64,000 nucleotides of DNA from Nemertoderma westbladi. Lineage: Eukaryota; Animalia; Xenacoelomorpha. Below are positions 52,958 through 64,000 of the stretch, one piece after another. The stretch is taken from contig JAUCBJ010007689.1 of NCBI GenBank assembly GCA_032718475.1, forward strand, positions 25,271 through 89,270, in the 5' to 3' direction. The first letter of the stretch is position 1. The number at the start of each line of letters is the position of its first letter. Made by a program: the position numbers and the translations under genes. Under the pieces are notes generated by a model. The model was given only the letters and a program-made list of their open reading frames with translations. It was not told the origin of the DNA and searched no databases.

Positions 52958-55255
52958 CCACTACAAACCTATGCGGGAAGAACTAGAGTAGGTTGGTACT
53001 TTACTGGCCCTTCCCGTAGAACTCTCATGGAAAGGCTACCCAAAGAAAGAGTCTACCAGGTGAGTGAATGGGAAGATGAGATCAGTGAGGGAGACGACCC
53101 AACTGAGGGAACACCATACTCCTCAGATAATGACGATATCCACCAACTCTTCGACGAGGAGAATACCATCGACCTCCTTACGGAAAATGAAACTTGGCAA
53201 AACCAAGTGAACCTATGTCACCTCATTCATCCAGCAGGACAAGTCGACTACAACGACGAACTGAATGAAGTGATAGATCGCTACAACGCGAAGACTCGTG
53301 ATGAACACGCCGTACGATTCTTTACTCAAGAGGCTGTAGAGCCCAATTCCTACGATAAGGCCCTATCGGTAGAAGAAGAAAGAGCCAAGCAGATACAGGA
53401 AACAACTACACGTTTTCTTAAAGATCAAGGTAGATATGAGATTGGTCTGCCTTTCCGACGGCGAGAACCCAATTTTATAAACAACCGACCCTTGGCGGAG
53501 AAGAGAATTGCGCAACTACATCGACGCCTTACGGCAAATGCTTCAGCTAAGGAGATGTACAAGACCCAGCTGAAGAAATCCATTGACAAGGGATATGCGG
53601 AGCGAGTACCGGAAGGAACACCCATAACTGAGAGAACGTACTATTTAACACATCATTACGTTCCCAAACCCGGTAAACCCAACGAAGTCCGGGTAGTATT
53701 TGACGGCTCCGCCCTCTACATGGGCCAATCCCTTAACTCCGAGTTGTTGCCAGGACCCAACTTACTACAATCCTTGTTGGGAATACTCTTAAGATTACGA
53801 CAATATTTGATCGCTTTCGCCTCCGATATAGAAGGCATGTTCTTACAAGTTAAGGCGCTGGATAGAGATCGAGACAGCCTACGATTTCTGTGGTGGCCTG
53901 AAGGAGACCTCAACCAGAAACCGATGGAATACTGGATGACCATCCAGGCTTTTGGGATCATCTCGAGCCCTTCAAACGCCTGCTCAGTAGTGCGCACCAC
54001 CACTGATGACAACCGGGACGCCTTCTCCAAAGAGGTTATCGACAACATCAAACGGGATATATACATGGACGACAATTTAAAGTCCCTCCCATCGGTGGAA
54101 GAAGCCATTGATGTCGCCAAAGGAACGGTAGAGTGCTTAAAAAGAGGTGGATTTCGATTAACTAAATTCACCAGCAACTCCCGTGAGTTTCTGGAATCGA
54201 TCCCGGTAGAAGACTGAGGAGTTAAAGATCTAGACCTTATCAAGGATGATCTTCCAGAAACCAAGACGCTTGGTTTGAAATGGGACACAGAGAGAGATAT
54301 CCTGTTTTTCCAGCTAAAACAGCGAGATAATCCAGTTCGGACTAAACTGATTTGTCTAAGTATCCTGAGCACTTATTTCGATCCATTGGGATTTATTAGC
54401 CCAGTTATATTGATTGCTCGGAGTTTAGTACAACAAATGTGGCTTGAAAACCACTCATGGGACGATCCACTTAAGGGAGAACTATTAAAGAAGTGGATGA
54501 AATGGGAGGATTCTCTACCATCCATCGAGAACTTTCTAATTTCCCATTCATATTTTGGTCATGTTCTCCCTACATATTCCTATCAACTCCATGTGTTTGG
54601 AGACGCCAGCGATATGGGAATAGGTATAGTAGCCTACCTGAGAGTTGAAACTCCGGATGGAATCAAGGTCGCCTTGGTTACCTCTAAGGCATTGATAAAC
54701 AACAAGTTGAAAGTTCCTCGAGCGGAGTTAAAAGCGGCTCTATACGCTACAGCCATTGGCCGGAATGTAACAGAACAGATCGACTATCCACTGGAGAAAA
54801 CTGTCTATTGGACCGATGCTTTACTCGTGTTGGAGTATATAACCAATGAAGTCTGTCAGTTCAGCGTCTTCGTTACCAACAGAGTAGCCATTATACTTAG
54901 TCGCACGAAGAAAGATCAATGGAGACATTGCCCGGGGCCGATTAATCCAGCCGACATCGCCTCCAGGGGAGCAACTCCCCAAGAACTGATAGATACTCCA
55001 GACTGGTTAGGTGGACCCGACTTCCTAAGCAAAGAAGAGGATGAATGGCCTCCTCATCTTACTACGGCGGAGATTAGACAGGCCAAGGGAGCGGAGAAAG
55101 TCAAACCTAAAACTCGGGCGAGTAAATCGAAGTTATTTAAACCCGTGATAGATCTGTCTGTACTACATACTTCCGGAGACGACACTTTGGATCCAAAACC
55201 CCCAGCCACAAATAAGTCTGTTGTGGAAATCAGAGAGAGAGATTGGAAATCTTGA
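52958..55255 (+). pseudogene. BEL/Pao reverse transcriptase and RNase H (Peptidase_A17-annotated) region with in-frame stops
   Basis: RVVFDGS, LNSELLPGPNL, SDIEGMFLQV, LRFLW, YMDD, GGFRLTKF; TLGLKW after the TGA at 54215; FDPLG, FGDAS, PRAELKAA, WTDA, NPADIASRG. Confidence 0.92.
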
Positions 55256-56948
55256 TTACCAGACATCTCGCAAGGACTCTCACCTCTCCTGCAGAGAGCG
55301 ATACATCACTATAGTTCCTGGAATCGGCTCTGTAAGGCCGTTACATATTTAAAGCGATGTTTTCATCATCACTACTCCAGGACGAAGACCACTAGTGATA
55401 CCGCTCCACTGACATCTGCGCAGGTCCATGTTGTTAAAGATCTTCCCAAATACAAGATATCCGACAGGTTTCTGAAGGAGAAGATCAGTTACCAGGAGCA
55501 TGAAGAAACCAATAAGCAGATACTGAGACTCCTGCAATGCTATGAGGATTCCGATAAGTATTTCCTGTTGTTGAGAAATCCACCGATGCGCTTAAGGGAT
55601 CGTTTCTCTAGCACAATGATAGATGGGTTAATACGCGTTGGAGGAAGACTAACTAATGCTCCATTATCCTTTGACACTAAGTTTCCCATACTCATTATAA
55701 ATCTTGAAATACAAATCAAGATGATTGTAGATGTTCACAGTAAGCTTTATCATGCTGGTAGAGAACGAGTTCTTAGCGAAATTCGAACTCGCTATTATTT
55801 TTATAAACCCCGTAGAGCTCTGAACCAAGTTCTTAGGAACTGCATACCCTGTAGAAAGCATTCAGTAGGCCTTTAACACAGCGAGAGGCAGAATTACCTA
55901 GGGAACGAGTAAGCTTCTATGAACCACCCTTTACTAATACCGGTGTGGATCTATTTGGCCCTATTGAAGTATATCGTGCTAGGACTATAGTCAAGAGATG
56001 GTGTGTCATCTTTGTCTGTATGACTTGTAGAGCTATCCATCTCGATATGGTGAACGATTTATCTACCAATAGCTTCATATTGAGCTTACGCCGACAGATC
56101 GCTCGCTTTGGAACTAGTAACACGATGAGATCTGATAAGGGAACGAACTTCATTGGTGCCAACAATGAAATCAAGGCTTACGTCAAAGATTGGAACCAAA
56201 GACAGGTGGACGATCAGCTAAGGGTAACAGCATCTAGCTGGACCTTCAACGCCGCCGACGCCCCTTGGTGGGGAGGAAGTTGGGAGAGATTAATCAGGAG
56301 CATGAAGACCGCATTTCACTTTATAGTGCCGTGCCGCGCGTATCTCACCGACGAACTTTTGCGGACGTTAATGGAGGAAATCGCCGCCTATCTCAACGAG
56401 AGACCGCTTATGCCAGTCTCATCGAGTCCCGATTCCCTGGAAGCGCTAACACCCGCGCACTTCCTACTGAAGAAACCTGTCGCCATGCTCCCACGATCGG
56501 AAATCACAGACAGAGACGAATACTGCCGGCAAACTTGGCAACTTATGCACAGTTGTTATCCCGTTGTTTCGCTGACCATTTCGAAAAACATTATCTGCCT
56601 ACGCTTCAACTTCGAACTAAGTGGTTTGCGCAGCAAGAAAACGTCAGCGCCGGAGACATGGTCCTTATTGTGGATTCAGATCTTCCACGTAAGCGGTGGC
56701 AGACAGGTCGTATCATCGAGACTCATATCTCGGATGATGGTTTGGTGCGATCGGTAGAACTCGTCGTCATGCGACGTAACTTTAAGAAACCGAGAATTGT
56801 CTTCGAGACACAGCAGCTCAATCGCCCAGTTGGTCGTTTATGTTTACTGGAAAGAGACAGAGAACTCTCCGGAAACTATGGAAGGCAAGATACTCTTCCC
56901 ACGACCACCTCCCTAATCCAACAAACATCTAGGGACTCCCCAACGTAA
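55256..56948 (+). pseudogene. BEL/Pao integrase (HHCC, DDE core and C-terminal domain), frameshifted
   Basis: GLIRVGGRL, VHSKLYHAG...CIPCR; GVDLFGP, CMTCRAIHL, SDKGTNF, GGSWERLIRS, LNERPL, LTPAHFL; YLPTLQLRTKW, GDMVLI, DGLVRSV, RPVGRLCLL. These motifs are split by frameshifts at ~55870 and ~56560. Confidence 0.92.
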
Positions 56949-57299
56949 CAGCGTCTGGAGTGGGTGTGTGACTATATTATTTTATATTCTTATCATTTTA
57001 TATTTATGTATATATTATTATGTAATTTTATTATAATCGTTTTCTTTAATTTTATTTAGTAGAATGTTATTTTAGCGATTATTTAGTAGATTAGTGCAAT
57101 ATATATTAGTGTTTATTACTTACTTACTTATATTATATTATATATTTAGTGCGACGGCGAGAAATAATTATTTTCTCTTTCCTTACTGTCAGTATTACAT
57201 TATAAATACGTGACTACAGTAAGATGAAATGTCCGTACTTATTAAAGTACAATAAAGCTAAAAAAATATATTCAAGTATTATTGGTAAGTAGAGTATTA

Positions 57300-58612
57300 G
57301 GAATGCAAAGTTCAGATCCTCGTGTCTCGGCTAAACCAAGCTCTGGGTAGACCTTGGAAACGACTTGCCTCTTCTCACTGACATTGCTTCTTGCAATATT
57401 GCTCTCATACCGTATAATAAATAATACATATAGTAGTGTGATGTCCCTTTAACAGTAGCGTAAAACGCAAAATAAATCTGTTAAACCCTTTGACCATCTG
57501 TAATTCTAGTCGATTAAGATATCGCGGCACCCACCGATATACTTGAAAGACAAAATTCTAGAATCAGTGGTTAACGTCCCCAGACATGTTCTGGAATAAA
57601 CCGGTGCCCATCTTAAATATTAACTATTAATATTTATAAAATCTGTCAAACAAATACAATAGAGTAAATACTTACAAGTTAACTCTAGAAAATCTATAAA
57701 TCAGAATCTGTTAAAATTTGGATCCTTTAAAATTCTAGTCGATTAAGATATCGTAGCACTTACCGATACTCTTAAAAGGACAAATTTCCTAGAATTCAGG
57801 ATCCTAGTCCCCAGACATGCTCTGGAATAAAATTGTGTCTATTTAATATTAAATAATAAAATTTATGGGAATAAATTTAAATTCATCTCTTTTGATGAAT
57901 TTGATAAATTGTCATTTTTATACAATTTGTAACATTCCCAAAATTCCATTAATTAATAGATCATGGGAGCGGAGATTCACCCTATTAAGTATATTAGTGT
58001 GCGAGAATCTCCAATATATAGTCAATAGCCGATAAAATTCATAAAATCATGTATAAAGAGGAATATTGACAATTAAAGAATTACTATTAAATAGCATCCC
58101 AGATCTGTATGCATGAGAATTACCCTAATTCTACTGCTAGCTTTCCATAATGTCACCATGGCAACAACCACGCTAGAATTAGAAGTGAGTTAAAAGAACA
58201 ATAAAGGCTTGCCCCATTGAATAGCATAAGGAATAAATAGCACACTGCTAGTATCCAAGGATACCCAATAATAACGTGGCATTCTGGAAGGCACTTGACT
58301 AACGGACAAATGGCCCGAATGTGTGCGGTTTGTGACAGTTGTGTGGAATTTGAGCGTTTATAGGTGAATGTTACTACTAAAGTGTGTTTACAGTAGCGAG
58401 TCGCAATTGTGAAAGTAGCCCTAACTCTGCAGTAAGAACCTGAAGTAAATCTAAGCCCTTGGGACGGACAGTGGAGTGACTCGCGCTGGTTGTTGTTGTC
58501 GTTGTGCAGCTACTATGTTGGCGATAGGCACAGCGGCGACAGTACATCAGCGCTGAGGATCTTGCGCTGTCCGGGGGCCTTGAGGGGTAGGCAGCGACGC
58601 CCGCTAGCCTAA
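57300..58612 (+). ncRNA. Candidate structured cis-RNA domain between pol and the extra ORF
   Basis: A duplicated ~150-nt module with a covarying basal stem (57475-57623 and 57705-57852), multibranch stems at ~57957-58107, and a G-U-rich rod at 58451-58590. Folded by eye. Confidence 0.6.
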
Positions 58613-58653
58613 TTATAAACTCATTATAATATTGATAAACTCATATAGCAGCT

Positions 58654-59900
58654 ATGACTGAGTTGATAGAAGATGATCTTGGTATCACCGTGATACTCTA
58701 CCGTTGCAAGCATTTGTTGATAGCTTAATACGCGGCGACGCTGGTCCAACTACTACGAAGGACTATGGTCGTTATATCGAACCGCCAATGTCCCAGGAGC
58801 AACTCACTCGTGAATTGGACTATCGAAAATTCACTGCTCACTATACGCATCGTAATGGTACGCATATGGACTTCTTAACTATTGGTCATCCTATCGATTT
58901 ACACGATACGGACGATGTCGACAACGAAAGGGAAATGGCCCTATTTCAATATCCTACCCAGCGGAGTCGGAACGATAAACTGAAAATTGAATGCGAAAAT
59001 TCGATTCGAAATCGACTCGAAAGAGAAGACGTTAAAGAACCTGATAAACGCGGTAACTCCAACATATATTTGGAATTCTTGAGAGAAACATTGTAAAACC
59101 GAATAAATATCACCCGCGTTTCCCCTACAAGACGTGCGTCTTTGGTATTATTGTGATGACTGCCCAAGACCCAACCAACAAATGGAAAGACATAAACATC
59201 CGCGGAGACGTTGCTCTAAACACAGTTTTACTCGCTATATTTACGGGAGTTTCGAGCGAAACTTGTTCGATGTATCACCTATGCTCGCTCGACTCAAACG
59301 ATCCTTAAATAAACCTATGATCAGAGTTCCGGAATACTCGGTCAGACCTCCTCACTCCCTAGTGAGACCTCAGACTCTTGATCCTAATAGTATCACGGAT
59401 CCTCCCGAACTGTACTCACTGTTCAAAGATCTAGTGTTACCCGAACAATTAGTCGGTGGCACTCCGGTTGTGGGCTCCCTAAATATTCGCCCATCTTACC
59501 TAGTCGGATTGGGATGCGGACATCTAATATCGCCATTCAACCGTATCATCGTCCCGGTTTAACCCGATACAACTTGTCACCAAGGTGGAGGAGAGAGTTG
59601 TACGAAACGCGTCGGACACTATTCGTCAAAAAATCGGAAAAGGAACCTACAATTGTTTAGAGAAACGTAAATTGCAGCAGCAAGTCCAAGCGGTAAACGA
59701 ATTAGCTTTATCTCAGTTCGATCAGAAAATCCGGAATCTCTAAGAAGATATCAAACTTGGACGACTCTACTTTCTGCAAGAGTTTTGGACGAATGCTTTC
59801 AATGACAAGCGGAGGAAAATCAGCTCGAGGAGAAGCATATCGATTCCGATAGAGCCCGAGAACGCGAGTTGGAAAGAATCATCAAACCGAAGAAATTTCT
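58654..59900 (+). pseudogene. Disrupted extra ORF of unknown function inside the BEL/Pao element
   Basis: ATG at 58654 is followed by consecutive + strand open segments (58704-59096, 59134-59562, and further coding-like text such as LVTKVEERVVRNASDTIRQKIGKG). Composition is coding-like compared with the AT-rich flanks. The end is approximate. Confidence 0.55.
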
Positions 59901-60153
59901 CACTACACACGGGAACCTCGACCGGCGGATACACCGACCGTAATCCTGAACCTTCCGATGCAATTGTATTGCACCCTTCACCCAGGAGTTATAGCCCTCC
60001 TAGTAAAGTGGCTCGCCCCAAAGAGAAAAGGACTCTTGCTAGCCTCAAAAAACTGCGTAAACGCCGTCTGCGCAAGAAAGACTAACTGTTTAGAGTATTT
60101 TTATATTTTAGAAACTGTGATTTTTATATTTTATAGAATTAAATCCCATTTTC

Positions 60154-60162
60154 TGGGAGCGG
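60154..60162 (+). promoter_or_regulatory. Short polypurine tract (PPT)
   Basis: TGGGAGCGG lies immediately before the TG of the 3' LTR. Confidence 0.6.
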
Positions 60163-61361
60163 TGTAAAAGGCTTTTGCGGATCTAGCTAGTCATTTTCCC
60201 CGCAAAGTACTCTGTAGGTGTTTTAGCGGACATAAAAAGCCGTTTTCCTACTGTGTAGGTGTTTTAGTGGACATAAAAAGCCATTTTTTCTGTATGTGTA
60301 CTTTAGCAGACATAACAAGCAATCTTATGCCGCAATGCGCCAAAATACTCTTAATACAGTGTAGTTCAGATGACGACATCTATCAGCTGATATGTCGACG
60401 TGGAACTTTTTGGCTTTCTTTGTTCAGGCTCACTCACTCGACCAATCAGAGCGATTTTCATTTTATTTGCACAGAAGCCTCCGGGAAATCGCGCAATGCA
60501 TTATGGTCTTTGTTTACCTTTTTTCCTGAGCCCAGAACATCGGCTGTGGAATTATTCTGTGTTTCAGACTTTAGCCAAACATTAGAACGGCTTTGATTAT
60601 AGAAACGTATAACTGTTATCATACAAGTCATACATATTGTCATACCTATCATATCATACTATACATACCTTTCACCGCATTATTTTACTGCTATTTACTG
60701 TCGGTTATTAATTGTTATTAGTTGATGGATATGTTGCTATATTTGGAGAATATCGATAAATAATCATAAAACCCCAATCTTCTTGATATACTGAAGGTTA
60801 GAGAGACCGGTTACATATAGCAATTGCGACTTACATTATGGTGGTTTTGGAGTGAATTGAATGCTATTTCATAGACCCTACATGTGTCAGTTGCTGTTCT
60901 CCTTATATATGATCAAATTTAGTGAAGGTCGGCAGATCAGTGTGCAGCAGTGTGAGGTAGTGTGTATGAGTGTGACAGATAACAAAGCATTTCCTAAAGA
61001 ATGCGCCTTATACGTAAATCAATAGCCATACCGTTGTGTTTAGTGTAAGTCATAACTCTGTTTACATATTTAGAGCGCCACGTCCTAAAGGAACTGTTAA
61101 TATTTCCCGAAAGTAAATAATATTTGTCAGAGATATTATAGTAACGATCAATCGAATAATACAGTAGGTCTACACCGCAATAAGGTCAGAGCATCCGAAT
61201 CCAGTCTCCCTTAACCGTGGGTGAATGATCGCGCATAGGCTGGCTTCGGCTAATGTAACTTTATGTGTATCAAATACTTGTTATAGGCTAAAGTCGATTT
61301 ATAACCTAGAAGACACCTAAAATTGGCAGGTTAAACTGCTAAAGGTCTAAAAGCGCGAACA
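60163..61361 (+). repeat. 3' LTR (1199 bp)
   Basis: Direct repeat of 45939-47142, followed by the TSD TACAC. Confidence 0.96.
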
Positions 61362-63253
61362 TACACCCCGACTAGGTAGGACATTAGTGCCAGCGGCACT
61401 ATTGGGATACATACACCCCTACTAGGTAGGACATTATTGTCCACGGCCACTATTGGGACACATACACCCCGACTAGGTAGGACATTAGTGCCAGCGGCAC
61501 TATTGGGATACATACACCCAGACTAGGTAGGATATTAGTGCCCGCGGCCACTGTTGGGACACATACACCCCGACTAGGTGAGACATTAGTGCCCGCGGCC
61601 ACTATTGGGACACATACACCCCTACTAGGTAGGACATTAGTGCCAGCGGCCACTATTGGGAGACATACACCCCTACTAGGTAGGACATTAGTGCCAGCGG
61701 CCACTATTGGGAGACATACACCCCTACTAGGTAGGACATTAGTGCCCGCGGCCACTATTGGGACACATACACCCCTACTAGGTATGACATTATTGTCCAC
61801 GGCCACTATTGGGACACATACACCCCGACTAGGTAGGACATTAGTGCCCACGGCCACTATTGGGATACATACACCCCTACTAGGTAGGACATTAGTGCCA
61901 GCGGCCACTATTGGGACACATACACCCCTACTAGGTGAGACATTAGTGCCCGCGGCCACTATTGGGACACATACACCCCTACTAGGTGAGACATTAGTGC
62001 CCGCGGCCACTATTGGGACACATACACCCCTACTAGGTAGGACATTAGTGCCCGCGGCCACTATTGGGACACATACACCCCTACTAGGTGAGACAATAGT
62101 GCCCGCGGCCACTATTGGGACACATACACCCCTACTAGGTGAGACAATAGTGCCCGCGGCCACTATTGGGACACATACACCCCTACTAGGTGAGACAATA
62201 GTGCCCGCGGCCACTATTGGGACACATACACCCCTACTAGGTGAGACAATAGTGCCCGCGGCCACTATTGGGACACATACACCCCTACTAGGTAGGACAT
62301 TAGTGCCAGCGGCCACTATTGGGACACGTACACCCCTACTAGGTAGGACATTAGTGCCCGCGGCCACTATTGGGACACATACACCCCTACTAGGTAGGAC
62401 ATTATTGTCCACGGCCACTATTGGGACACATACACCCCTACTAGGTAGGACATTAGTGCCCGCGGCCACTATTGGGACACATAAACCCCGACTAGGTAGG
62501 ACATTAGTGCCCGCGGCCACTATTGGGACACATACACCCCTACTAGGTAGGACATTAGTGCCCGCGGCCACTATTGGGACACATACACCCCTACTAGGTA
62601 GGACATTAGTGCCCGCGGCCACTATTGGGACACATAAACCCCGACTAGGTAGGACATTAGTGCCCGCGGCCACTATTGGGACACATACACCCCTACTAGG
62701 TAGGACATTAGTGCCCGCGGCCACTATTGGGACACATACACCCCTACTAGGTAGGACATTAGTGCCCGCGGCCACTATTGGGACACATACACCCCTACTA
62801 GGTAGGACATTAGTGCCCGCCGGGCCACCCTATTGGGACACATAAACCCCGACTAGGTAGGACATTAGTGCCCGCGGCCACTATTGGGACACATACACCC
62901 CTACTAGGTAGGACATTAGTGCCCGCGGCCACTATTGGGACACATACACCCCTACTAGGTAGGACATTAGTGCCCGCGGCCACTATTGGGACACATAAAC
63001 CCCGACTAGGTAGGACATTAGTGCCCGCGGCCACTATTGGGACACATACACCCCTACTAGGTAGGACATTAGTGCCCGCGGCCACTATTGGGACACATAC
63101 ACCCCTACTAGGTAGGACTTAGTGCCCGCGGCCACTATTGGGACACATACACCCCTACTAGGTAGGACATTATTGTCCACGGCCACTATTGGGACACATA
63201 CACCCCTACTAGGTAGGACATTAATGCCCGCGGCCACTATTGGGACACATATA
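61362..63253. repeat. 51-bp minisatellite, right part
   Basis: Same unit as 44342-45366; it resumes in register after the TSD. Confidence 0.97.
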
Positions 63254-64000
63254 CCTCTTTTGTTTCAGTTTTAGGCTGGCTCTATTGTATTGTATTTAAA
63301 TTGCTTGGCGAAAGATAACTGTAACTACAAAATGAATCTAAATAATAGTGAAAAAAAGTATGTAATTTCCAATACTTGTTTATTGAATAACGTAGTGCTT
63401 TTTATAATAAATTAATAATAATAATATTTTTTAACCAGCTAGCTGGTGAAGGGTCACTCAATTTTCTGCTGGGTGGGAGGTTTAATTGGTGCGCCAACCC
63501 AGCGACCTATATGGGGACCTGGCTTCACCGGTGCGGTGGAGTACAGAAAAGGGTTCATGTAGTTACGCAGTGTTGCTGAGGCGCCCTCCTAGCTTTACAG
63601 ATGACGTTGTTTTACTGTTTTATGTTTCACGTACACTTTACTACTTCGTTGATATGTGTTATTTAGAAATTAAATGTTATTTATAAATTGCATAAAATAT
63701 TATTAATAATTAAAATTTCTCATAAATAATAATAACATTTTTATCTAATTTTTCTATTTAAAAAGATTCAGTGAGGCAATTAAAAACAGGGATTTAACAC
63801 ATGAAAAACACTTTAACAAAATTGTTCGCCTTGGCGGACAATCTGCTACCCCAGCTAAATTCCAACAACTGTATTAATCCCAATTCAGTATGTATAAATC
63901 ACAAACCATTTGTATTCCACAGTAAAAAATCCAGTTTCTCCAGTTTCAAGCGGATCAAAATTGTCATCTTAAAGATTTGACATCCATCATTCTTGGGTAA

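Larger units (their letters stand above)
45939..61361 (+). mobile_element. Full-length BEL/Pao LTR retrotransposon (15.4 kb), coding region disrupted
   Basis: Two ~1.2-kb TG...CA LTRs, 5-bp TSD TACAC (45934-45938 and 61362-61366), and gag-PR-RT-RNaseH-IN order with BEL/Pao motifs. Confidence 0.96.

Noticed and set aside
52955-55255. Programmed stop-codon readthrough at the in-frame stops in pol
   Set aside because: Several stops and frameshifts are scattered through conserved domains. This is compatible with neutral decay given ~1% LTR divergence, so it cannot be claimed from one copy.
57300-57400. Hammerhead ribozyme near CTTGGAAACGAC
   Set aside because: GAAAC and stems are present, but there is no CUGANGA core in a compatible position.
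44255-63122. 324-441 aa ORFs with 17-aa repeats on both strands
   Set aside because: The 51-bp unit is a multiple of three and lacks stops in one frame per strand. The array is intronic, interrupted by insertions, and includes frame-breaking units.

Overview
AT-rich, repeat-dense animal (invertebrate-like) genomic DNA; there are no bacterial operons and no CRISPR arrays. In order, the window holds: (i) a ~12.9 kb tandem satellite of 47/48/33-bp units with higher-order repeats; (ii) three phase-compatible + strand exons (18105-18260, 41135-41312, 44185-44306) of an unidentified coiled-coil-like host gene, whose introns hold almost everything downstream; (iii) an intronless DHRS1-like SDR gene nested in that host intron; (iv) several MITE/TIR elements, two of them Kolobok-like; (v) an ~8.8 kb cluster of abutting and nested non-autonomous Helentron/HINE (DINE-1-like) elements; (vi) two LTR-like pieces next to a (TACACC)n microsatellite; (vii) a full-length, mildly decayed 15.4 kb BEL/Pao LTR retrotransposon (45939-61361, TSD TACAC) inserted in a 51-bp minisatellite. 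The BEL/Pao element is the most unusual object. It has no tRNA-type primer-binding site; instead the 18 nt right after the 5' LTR are complementary to a segment of its own LTR, as in Tf1-type self-priming. Between pol and the 3' LTR it carries ~1.3 kb of G-U-rich predicted RNA structure, including a covarying duplicated module, followed by an unknown extra ORF. All alignments and folds were done by eye; no searches were run.
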